This document shows, one piece after another, positions 56,167 through 64,000 of a stretch of 64,000 bases of DNA (its first letter is position 1; the number at the start of each line of letters is the position of its first letter). The DNA is from a virus. Taxonomy: Duplodnaviria; Caudoviricetes. Location: positions 147,679 through 211,678 of IMG/VR virus record IMGVR_UViG_3300020048_000009. One strand, 5' to 3'. The position numbers were made by a program, and so were the translations under genes. The notes beneath the pieces are model-generated. The model was not told the origin of the DNA and ran no database searches. It worked only from the letters and a program-made list of their open reading frames with translations.

Positions 56167-58161
56167 TTATTCTATTAATCCTAATACATCATATGTTTGT
56201 GGGAATATATTAAAATTATCAATATAAAATGTATTCTCTGTATCTGCATTAATTATTGTAATTTTTAATATCGTTATATTGTTTTTAATTTGATTTGCTA
56301 TATTAGATATATTCCATCTAATTGTTTGCCATTGATCTACATTTGTAATATTTGGTGTTATTTCAGATACGAGTGTTTCTGATGAAGTAGGGTATTTAAT
56401 TATTACTATTCCAGCGCCTCCGGCCATACCTGCGTTGTATTCGCCTCCTCCACCGCCGCCACCACCTGTATTTTCAACACCTGCCGTTACACCGCCATTG
56501 AAATTTCCTTTACCTCCACCGCCCAGGCCTCCAGTAGATTGAGTTGTACCGCTGGAATGTGTAGCACCACCTCCACCACCTGCGTAATATATAGGCGATC
56601 CTGTTATAGAAATTTGTGAGCCATTACCACCATTACCGCCGTTTTCATAATTTCCATATACGTCTGTTGTATCTTGTCCTATTTCACTTGCGCCACCGCC
56701 GCCAGCTCCGCCATATGTTATTACATTTGTTACAGGACCACCAGAATTTCCTTGACCAACCGTACCTGTACCTCCAGTAGAAATATCAATACCATTATAT
56801 TGGGCGCCTCCTCCACCTGATCCACCATTTGAACCTTTACCATATAATCCATCAACTAATACAAAATATGCACCACCAGCACCACCACCTACCGCAGTTA
56901 AATCATTAAATATGCTATCTTCTCCATTTACACCTTCTACTCCACCAGTACCTACAGTAATAGGATAATTATTTGGTGCTATATTATAACCTGTTTCATG
57001 TATTAATCCACCTGCTCCACCACCTCCGGCATTACCTGGACTATCACTTCCTTTTCCTCCTCCACCACCTCCTGCAACTACTAAAACTTCTGCAGATAAT
57101 TGATTAGAAGTAGAAAAAATACCATCTGAAGTAAAAGTATGAATAGTATTTAACCCAGGAACTATTGAAGCATCTTCTGTTCCATTTCCTGCATTATAAA
57201 GTGCTGAAATATCTACTTGAGGAAGTATACGAGTATAGATACGAAAATCATCAAGTGATCCATTAAAATAAGGATTATATATTCCTGAGCCAGTATCATT
57301 TTGAATTCCTATTACTAAATATGGCATAGGATATATTCCAGTTACTAACATACCAACATCACTACTATTTATTAATACACCATCAACATATATTTGTTTT
57401 GAAGTAGCAGACCAAGTACTTACTATATGATGCCAATTACCATCTATTACATTACTACCTGCTACTCTATCAGGAGAACCACCATTTCCACTAAAAACAT
57501 AGAAATATATTATCCCTGATGAATTAATATAAAAATTACGATCACAATAATTTCCATTATTGTAACCTCCAGCTGAAAATTGAGATACTCCCTGATCTGC
57601 AACAGTTGTTTTTATCCAAAAAGAAATAGAACTATCATTTCTAGGTAAATCATAATATATTGCTACGCCATCACTACTTCCATTAAACATTAAAGCTCTA
57701 TTAATTTTTCCTGATGCATCAGTGATAATATCAGTATTTTGTTGTGCTGTTCCATTATTACTTGCTACAGTATCTTCTACAATAGTATTAGAAGTATTAT
57801 CATTCATCTTATAATGAGCAACTATACCAGTAGATGTATCAGAAGCATCAGAAGTTATCGTACCACCTGTAGGAAATGATCCACTATATAATTCTAATTT
57901 TATATTGCTTCCAGTTCTTGAACTTCTAATATCAAATTTTAAATCTTTTACATTAGTTAAATCATTTGGAACAGTAAAAGATTTAGTAAAAGTAGCAGAT
58001 AAAGCAACAGTAGAAGCGACTGCTTTTAAAGAATAATCACCTTGAGTTTTAATTGTTGCTTCTGAATATGCAACTAAATTTACTGCATCAGAAGTACTAT
58101 AAGCAGCCCTCGCTAAAGTATCTGAAGCATATTCCATATTATCTATTTCTAATTTTGCCAT
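56167..58161 (-). CDS. tail fibre/receptor-binding protein: LamG domain, glycine-rich domain and split beta-sandwich
   Basis: AHYKMND...FNG..D, SISFWIKT, WHHIV, GSLDDFRIY; LVVAGGGGGG...GIVIIKY. Confidence 0.8.
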   Translation of the reverse strand: MAKLEIDNMEYASDTLARAAYSTSDAVNLVAYSEATIKTQGDYSLKAVASTVALSATFTKSFTVPNDLTNVKDLKFDIRSSRTGSNIKLELYSGSFPTGGTITSDASDTSTGIVAHYKMNDNTSNTIVEDTVASNNGTAQQNTDIITDASGKINRALMFNGSSDGVAIYYDLPRNDSSISFWIKTTVADQGVSQFSAGGYNNGNYCDRNFYINSSGIIYFYVFSGNGGSPDRVAGSNVIDGNWHHIVSTWSATSKQIYVDGVLINSSDVGMLVTGIYPMPYLVIGIQNDTGSGIYNPYFNGSLDDFRIYTRILPQVDISALYNAGNGTEDASIVPGLNTIHTFTSDGIFSTSNQLSAEVLVVAGGGGGGKGSDSPGNAGGGGAGGLIHETGYNIAPNNYPITVGTGGVEGVNGEDSIFNDLTAVGGGAGGAYFVLVDGLYGKGSNGGSGGGGAQYNGIDISTGGTGTVGQGNSGGPVTNVITYGGAGGGGASEIGQDTTDVYGNYENGGNGGNGSQISITGSPIYYAGGGGGATHSSGTTQSTGGLGGGGKGNFNGGVTAGVENTGGGGGGGGEYNAGMAGGAGIVIIKYPTSSETLVSEITPNITNVDQWQTIRWNISNIANQIKNNITILKITIINADTENTFYIDNFNIFPQTYDVLGLIE

Positions 58162-58171
58162 AATTTAATTT

Positions 58172-61147
58172 TTAACTCCTTACATATTCAAATGAAACTA
58201 TAAACTTTAAAACGTCACCACTAATACCTGTATTTATCCATCCAATATAATCACCTGCATCTACAATTGGATTATCAAAACTAGATAAACTTACATTACT
58301 TGTCAATAATGTCATATCAGTACTATTTATCTTCACTGGATTTAAACCATTACTATCACATTCAGTTAACATTCCTACAAGATTAGTTCCGCCCGTTTGA
58401 AAACCATGTATTCCGGTAATTGTTAAATCATATGGAGCTCTCCAGATAGAATATGTAGCAGAAAGAGATGGATTAGTTACAACAAATGATTTTGTTTGTG
58501 TAATTAATTTAGTAAGTTGTGCATCTACTGTTGTAGTATCATATGAAATAGCAGTTGCGGGATGTGAACTTGCTGCATCTCTATTAATTAGGGCGGCGTG
58601 ATCTGTAGAAACTGCTGCAGTAGGAACACCTGTTTGTACTGTTCTAAAATCTGCTGCTTCAATAAATACACCTGTTGGAGTACCAGAAGTTCTTTGATAA
58701 ATTACTCTATAAATAAGTTTCCATTCAGCTGTACTTAAATTAATAGTTGGTGATGCAGCATTTCTTGCGTTAGTTATATTAGTATAATCGCCTTGACTTA
58801 TAACAGTATAAATAGGTTCAGCTGGATCATTTGTAGCATATACCCAATTTGTTGCATATCTATTATTTGTAATAGGCTGCAATGTTCCAGATCCATTGTC
58901 ATAAGCGAGAACACCTCCAACCAATCCTTTTGCTGCAACAGAATTTCTAGTCATTCGCATTCCACTTGTTGCATTTCTATACCATAATGATGTAGTAGTT
59001 TGTGTTGATTGAGTATCAAAAGCAATATCTTCATCATAAATTTGACCCTGAGTAACAGATAACGCAGTACTAGTAAATATTCCAGTTAAACCACCATGAT
59101 ACATAGCACCAATATTAAAATGAGCCCATTTATGCCAAGATCTATTTCTCTCGAATGAGTGTCTTTCATCAGTTAAAGTAATATTACTTCCGTCTTTAAA
59201 AACAATAGCACAAGGAGCATTTTCTCCAGAAGATAAATCCCATGGTTCTGTTGATATTTGTAATGTTCCTGTATTATCAATATAGATATAAGAAATAGTC
59301 TGATCGGCCGTAAGTGTTACAATTTGAGATGAGTCTATTGTATGTTTACCCGTTCCATTTGTCCATATATTATAAGAAACATCAGTAGGTGCAATAATTA
59401 TATCATATTGGTCTAAAATTTCTGTGTATACTGCTAAGAAGTGTGAGTCGGTTCTATTCTCAAATCCTGAATATTGTTTATAATCATTAATATTCTTATC
59501 AAAGTCAAAATATCCAGAAGTATTATGCCAAGAAGGAAATTGACCATCAACAGTTAAAGCAATTCCATCAACATCTGAAAGATCTTCTAATCTAGGAGAT
59601 ATTCTTATATTAACTGAAATAACACCATTAACTGTGTGTTTTACTTCAACTATACCAACAGAAATAAAAGTATTTGGAGCTGAAGGCGGTGTAGCAGTAA
59701 GTTTTCCAGGATGTGCAGCATCTACATATAATTCATCGCCTTCAGTATATGCATTTGTATTTAATCCGTGTACTTTACCAATTTTTGTAACTCTAACAAG
59801 ATTATTAACAGTATTTCCTCTAGTAACAACGCCTATACAGGCATTTCCTATAAGTGAATTTGTTATATCAGTTAAGCCAACTGCTTGTCTATTTCCTGAA
59901 ACACCTTTTATAGAAACAACATCACCATCTAATAAAGTAACGCCTGCAAGATTTGTATAACAATCTACTACTTCTTTTCCAAGTTCTAAAGAACCATCTT
60001 CTACGCCAAAAGATAGAGTATGTTCATCAGCATTATAAACCAAATCACCTTGAGCAATAGATGTAAGACCAGTAATAGGTGTAAAAGATAATTTATCTTG
60101 AATTAATGCTGAAGATAAATCTTGGCTAATAGAATAACCGTTTAATATATCAACTTTTGTAGACAAACCGCTTGTAGAAGTTGTAATTAATGTTCTTATA
60201 TCATCATGCGCTATTATAGAATTATTATGACTAGAAATAGAACTTGTTACAAATGTTTCAGATGCATGTCCACTTAAAATATATCCAGATGGAACATTTA
60301 TTTCAGAAGAATATATAGGTAATCTTACTACAGGTCTATCAGCAAAAATATCACCCCAGCCCTGTGCTGTTGGATTTGTAACAAAACTTGTAACATTTGG
60401 AGAAAATCCATATGTACCATAATATGATGGAGCATCTCCATCATAAAATACACCGGTAAGAGCTGAGCATGAATAAAAGGCGCTGTCAATATTTTCAACT
60501 TTTCCAACATATGCTGTTTTTAAATTAATACATCCTTCAAAACATATATCAAAAGCTGTTTTTAGAGCAGGAAGATTTATTGTTTCTAATAAAGGTTCAT
60601 TCCAAAAACACATAGAATCTATATGTTCAATATTACTAGCATCAATTGACGTTATAAAAGATGGTACATAATTATCATCTACAATACGAGTAAACGCATT
60701 AGCTCCTATACGTGTAACAGGCAAACCGTCTATTATATCTGGAATAATTATAGAGGTGCCGCTTGGCCCAATATATTGTGTAATAGTAATATCATTTCCA
60801 TCACTAGACCAAGTAAAATTATTATTTATATAATCAGAATTTTTCCAAGTTGAAGAAACTGGAGCATATGAAGATAAGCTATTTGAAACATTAGTTACAG
60901 AATCTCGTATATCACTATGAGCAACTATATTAGTATTATGAGAAGATATTGCTGATGTTACAAACGTTTCTGTTGCTAAGCCTATTATACTAGGAATATT
61001 TCCAGATAAATCGATAATATCTTGTTGAATATTTTCAATATTTCCAGATAATGTACCAATATCTTGTTCAATATTAACAATATCACCTGATAATGTTTGA
61101 ACAAGAGAATCTACATAAAATTTTGAACTTATTATTTTGTTTGCCAT
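58172..61147 (-). CDS. tail fibre protein with BspA-type LRR (LRR_5) module
   Basis: ITITQY.G...IIPD.IDGLPVT.IG..AF; AFYSCS.LT.V.Y.GDAP; His repeats. Confidence 0.75.
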   Translation of the reverse strand: MANKIISSKFYVDSLVQTLSGDIVNIEQDIGTLSGNIENIQQDIIDLSGNIPSIIGLATETFVTSAISSHNTNIVAHSDIRDSVTNVSNSLSSYAPVSSTWKNSDYINNNFTWSSDGNDITITQYIGPSGTSIIIPDIIDGLPVTRIGANAFTRIVDDNYVPSFITSIDASNIEHIDSMCFWNEPLLETINLPALKTAFDICFEGCINLKTAYVGKVENIDSAFYSCSALTGVFYDGDAPSYYGTYGFSPNVTSFVTNPTAQGWGDIFADRPVVRLPIYSSEINVPSGYILSGHASETFVTSSISSHNNSIIAHDDIRTLITTSTSGLSTKVDILNGYSISQDLSSALIQDKLSFTPITGLTSIAQGDLVYNADEHTLSFGVEDGSLELGKEVVDCYTNLAGVTLLDGDVVSIKGVSGNRQAVGLTDITNSLIGNACIGVVTRGNTVNNLVRVTKIGKVHGLNTNAYTEGDELYVDAAHPGKLTATPPSAPNTFISVGIVEVKHTVNGVISVNIRISPRLEDLSDVDGIALTVDGQFPSWHNTSGYFDFDKNINDYKQYSGFENRTDSHFLAVYTEILDQYDIIIAPTDVSYNIWTNGTGKHTIDSSQIVTLTADQTISYIYIDNTGTLQISTEPWDLSSGENAPCAIVFKDGSNITLTDERHSFERNRSWHKWAHFNIGAMYHGGLTGIFTSTALSVTQGQIYDEDIAFDTQSTQTTTSLWYRNATSGMRMTRNSVAAKGLVGGVLAYDNGSGTLQPITNNRYATNWVYATNDPAEPIYTVISQGDYTNITNARNAASPTINLSTAEWKLIYRVIYQRTSGTPTGVFIEAADFRTVQTGVPTAAVSTDHAALINRDAASSHPATAISYDTTTVDAQLTKLITQTKSFVVTNPSLSATYSIWRAPYDLTITGIHGFQTGGTNLVGMLTECDSNGLNPVKINSTDMTLLTSNVSLSSFDNPIVDAGDYIGWINTGISGDVLKFIVSFEYVRS

Positions 61148-61153
61148 AAAATA

Positions 61154-63103
61154 TTATTCCCCTACGAAAATTGTGTCTGGATAAGGTGCTATTGTTCCAG
61201 TTGTTTCTGCTCTTGTTTGGGCATTAAATATACCGCCATAAATGCTAGCACTGTTATTTACAAAACCATTAAATGTTCCACTAACTATATCACTATTATT
61301 AATTACATTTCCAGTAAATATACCACCCTCAATAGTATTGTAATTTTCTACATTTCCAATAAATGTACCACCATAGATATTTCCATAATTTACAAAATTA
61401 CCAACAAAATTACCACTATTCATAATACTATAATCGGAATTTACATTTAATAGACAAAAGCCTGTTATATTTGTAGAGTACATATCAGGAATATAAACCT
61501 CTCTACTTACACCAGTGGCATATGCTAAATTATAATCTAAATAACCTTCTCGCCATGGAACAACTGTAGGGTGTGCGCCGGTTCCATCGATATTAGCACT
61601 CCAACTATCTAATTCTTCCCATGCACCATATTCCCCAGCTCCGGTGAAATACCATGTCTTAGGATTTATTGCCCATTTCGCAAATAGATTAGTATTAAAA
61701 TTAACAGTAAATGTACTTCCAGAAGAATAATTTGTTCCTGTTCCTCCACTTAAAGTATTCCAATCATTAAAAATATATCCATATTTAATAAGATTTCCAG
61801 TATTTCCTAAAACAGTAACACTAGAACCACTAACATAAGGACTATTTAAATCAACTGGAACGTTTCCTAAATCATTACCATTTCCAAAATATTCTAGAGT
61901 ATATGTTACTGGTGGATTTATTAAGTCTTGTATTAAAACAGGGTCTCCTATTACTAACATTATATCATCGTTTTCAATATTTGTTTCTAGCCAAACCTCG
62001 TGACAATATTCTGAAAGAGAAGGCGTTTTATTTTTAAGATAAACCGTTGGCATATATTTCATTTGATTTATTTGACCTAAATCATCTAAAATCAAATATG
62101 AACTTAACGGAAGATTACTATCAATTATATTTCCAGAAGCATTAAATATTGGAAAATTTCCACTTGTTGCAGAATAAACTTTATCAATTTTATTATTTAA
62201 TGCTGATAAATTTTCAGCAGATAAACTAGAAATAGAACTTGTAACAAAAGATTCAAGAGCATAACTACTTAAAATATTAGAATGTGCAGTTAAATCTATA
62301 TTATGAGAAGAAATCGAAGATGTAACAAACGTTTCAAGTGCATATGCAGATAAACTATTATAAATAATGTTTACCGTAGATGTTAAAGCATAGCTACTTA
62401 AATCTTGATCTCCTGTATTTATTCCTGTTAAATTTGTTGCATATATATCTCCAGTAAAAGTAGCGCCAGTAATAGGTGCATACTGAGACATATCCGGATT
62501 AGGAATTGAAGATATTGCAGATGTTACAAAAGAAATAGTAGAATATGCGCTAAGGCTATTATTTACATCTGTTATAGATGTTCTAATATCTTGATGAGAA
62601 TTTAAATCTATATTATGTTCAGAAATAGAACCCGTTACAAATGTTTGTAAAGCATATGGCGTTAAATCTGGAATATTGCCTGATATTTCATCTACTAATA
62701 TATTTAAATTTTCAACATTTCCTGATAATTCTTCTATATCATTTTCTAAATATGTTAAATCTTGGTCACCTGTATTTATTCCAGTTAAATTGGTAGCATA
62801 TATATCACCATAAAAAGTAGAACCTGATAATGTTGCATAACCGCTTAAATTATTAGATAATTCATTAAATAAATTAGTATAGTCTATTACAATAGAACCA
62901 GCAGATAAATATAAAGTATTTATATCAGCACTTAATTCTGAAATAAATGTTCTAATATCTTCATGTGATATCGGAGATATATTATGAGACGATATAGATT
63001 CTGTTACAAAACTTTTTGTAGCAAATTCTATATAATCAGATATTTGAACACTTAATACAGGTGCCGCTAAATTTGAAACTTCTACATCTATCTTACTCGC
63101 CAT
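61154..63103 (-). CDS. tail fibre protein with InlB B-repeat (Flg_new) and C-terminal beta-helix
   Basis: YTLEY.GNG...G.VP...GY.F..WNT...GT.Y..G..F...LFAKW; GxF repeats; TAATAAATA at 63129-63137. Confidence 0.75.
   Translation of the reverse strand: MASKIDVEVSNLAAPVLSVQISDYIEFATKSFVTESISSHNISPISHEDIRTFISELSADINTLYLSAGSIVIDYTNLFNELSNNLSGYATLSGSTFYGDIYATNLTGINTGDQDLTYLENDIEELSGNVENLNILVDEISGNIPDLTPYALQTFVTGSISEHNIDLNSHQDIRTSITDVNNSLSAYSTISFVTSAISSIPNPDMSQYAPITGATFTGDIYATNLTGINTGDQDLSSYALTSTVNIIYNSLSAYALETFVTSSISSHNIDLTAHSNILSSYALESFVTSSISSLSAENLSALNNKIDKVYSATSGNFPIFNASGNIIDSNLPLSSYLILDDLGQINQMKYMPTVYLKNKTPSLSEYCHEVWLETNIENDDIMLVIGDPVLIQDLINPPVTYTLEYFGNGNDLGNVPVDLNSPYVSGSSVTVLGNTGNLIKYGYIFNDWNTLSGGTGTNYSSGSTFTVNFNTNLFAKWAINPKTWYFTGAGEYGAWEELDSWSANIDGTGAHPTVVPWREGYLDYNLAYATGVSREVYIPDMYSTNITGFCLLNVNSDYSIMNSGNFVGNFVNYGNIYGGTFIGNVENYNTIEGGIFTGNVINNSDIVSGTFNGFVNNSASIYGGIFNAQTRAETTGTIAPYPDTIFVGE
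62401..62825 (-). repeat. diverged internal coding duplication (TF.GDIYATNLTGINTGDQDL x2)
   Basis: Copies near 62401-62465 and 62761-62822 differ mainly at synonymous sites. Confidence 0.85.
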
Positions 63104-63183
63104 TTAAAAATCCTTTAAAATATAATATTATTTATTATATTTTAAAGATTAAATAGTAAACATAATATAATATATTTTACTAG

Positions 63184-63224
63184 AATATAAAAAATCTACA
63201 AATAATTTGTAGATTTTTTATATT
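63184..63224. repeat. perfect 20-bp inverted repeat (41-bp palindrome), possible terminator or cruciform
   Basis: aatataaaaaatctacaaat-a-atttgtagattttttatatt. Confidence 0.8.
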
Positions 63225-63255
63225 ATCAAAGACTAAAATTTTAAAATGAAATGTA

Positions 63256-63618
63256 TTAAATTACACCAGTGACCTCGGCCATTTGTTTAACTTTAAGAGT
63301 TACTGCGTCTATAATATCCGCAACACTTAATTGTATGGGCTGACCTGTAACTCTACTAGTTATAGTAACAAGTCCCATATCAGTGGCACATGCTTTATAT
63401 AAATCATTTATAAAAATACGTCCTACTGTACCTGTTGTATTATGTGGAGCTTTTGTATAAGAGCCATCTGCATTTTTCTGAACCTTTTCAACAGTTGCCA
63501 TAAGTTTTACTTCTTTATTTGGATCAGATGCTGATATATTTAGATATGATAACCAAAAACTATCAAGATTTAATGTTTCTGATGTTACTGTTATAGGGTT
63601 TTGTAGTGGAATTGACAT
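63256..63618 (-). CDS. tail-fibre-associated protein, paralog of 55577-55939
   Basis: Same motif set as the paralog; TAATAAATA at 63643-63651. Confidence 0.7.
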   Translation of the reverse strand: MSIPLQNPITVTSETLNLDSFWLSYLNISASDPNKEVKLMATVEKVQKNADGSYTKAPHNTTGTVGRIFINDLYKACATDMGLVTITSRVTGQPIQLSVADIIDAVTLKVKQMAEVTGVI

Positions 63619-63641
63619 ATTATATTTTCCTTGTTTTAAAT

Positions 63642-63998
63642 TTATTTATTACTTTCTTCTATTTTTACTTCATCTTTTTTAAGCGCGTCTAAAAATGGTT
63701 TAATCATGGTTTCTTTTACTTTTTCATATATTTTTGCCATTACTTCTATTTGAAGTTTTTTATGATTAAGTTTATCCAGATTTGGTATACCTTGATATAC
63801 AAAACCACAACAAGCAACTCTAGCAGAATTCATTATTTCATCAATATTAAATTCTTGTGGAGAACATAACCAAAAACCGAAACGTTTATCACATGGATAT
63901 CTTAATGCATATGTTAGATCATTTTTAGCCAATCTAGCAAGTCTAATACCTATTTCATAATCCTCAAAACAGTCATGCCATGCCGGGTAATTTTTAGC
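63642..63998 (-). CDS. hypothetical protein (5' truncated by window edge), possibly glycosyltransferase-like
   Basis: Frame is open to the window edge: AKNYPAWHDCFEDYEIGIRLARL... Confidence 0.5.
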   Translation of the reverse strand, partial: AKNYPAWHDCFEDYEIGIRLARLAKNDLTYALRYPCDKRFGFWLCSPQEFNIDEIMNSARVACCGFVYQGIPNLDKLNHKKLQIEVMAKIYEKVKETMIKPFLDALKKDEVKIEESNK

Positions 63999-64000
63999 AT

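Noticed and set aside
3770-61450. Short opposite-strand or out-of-frame ORFs in the track (e.g. 6052-, 7699-, 25295-, 29964+, 50964+, 54428+, 59634+)
   Set aside because: They are shadows of well-supported genes, with no RBS and no protein-like motifs
56167-63103. Diversity-generating retroelement acting on tail fibres
   Set aside because: No reverse transcriptase and no TR/VR pair differing only at adenines; the internal repeats differ at mixed synonymous sites
63642-63998. Firm GT2 call from EDYEIGIRL
   Set aside because: Single short motif in a truncated gene; the rest of the sequence does not support it
1-64000. Alternative genetic code (TAG or TGA reassignment), common in some large phages
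   Set aside because: Core genes are full length in code 11, and genes end cleanly at TGA (11332, 14764) and TAG (18355)
1-64000. CRISPR array or tRNA genes
   Set aside because: No regularly spaced direct repeats or T-loop/cloverleaf signatures were seen by eye; intergenic gaps are short. tRNAscan-SE and a CRISPR finder would confirm

Overview
Very AT-rich 64-kb fragment of a large lytic T4-like (jumbo-type) myophage genome, read with standard code 11 (TAA, TAG and TGA all act as stops). About 1-21.7 kb is a dense + strand early/accessory block with four RNA ligases of different types (Rnl1-like, DRB0094-like, RtcB, HNH-fused), two metallophosphoesterases, a HAD RNA-repair-type phosphatase, two radical SAM enzymes, a minimal stand-alone GGDEF protein, an IMPDH/GMPR-family enzyme and many small ORFans. 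About 21.8-52 kb mixes replication genes (DinG-like helicase, RNase H/FEN, gp44 clamp loader, exonuclease) with late genes (gp13 neck, gp3-like, gp17 terminase, gp55 late sigma), a family of probable head-packaged proteins (two carry ankyrin repeats) and a 9-gene glycosyl/methyltransferase island. About 52-64 kb (- strand) holds lipoproteins, a papain-like peptidase, DUF1353, a GIY-YIG homing endonuclease and mosaic tail-fibre genes. Best leads: a splicease-like radical SAM/SPASM enzyme with its own YG-motif tail; the RNA-repair arsenal; a phage-encoded GGDEF protein; ankyrin-fused virion-packaged proteins; and short GC3-rich recoded-looking patches inside core genes. All family calls come from motif recognition by eye; no searches were run.
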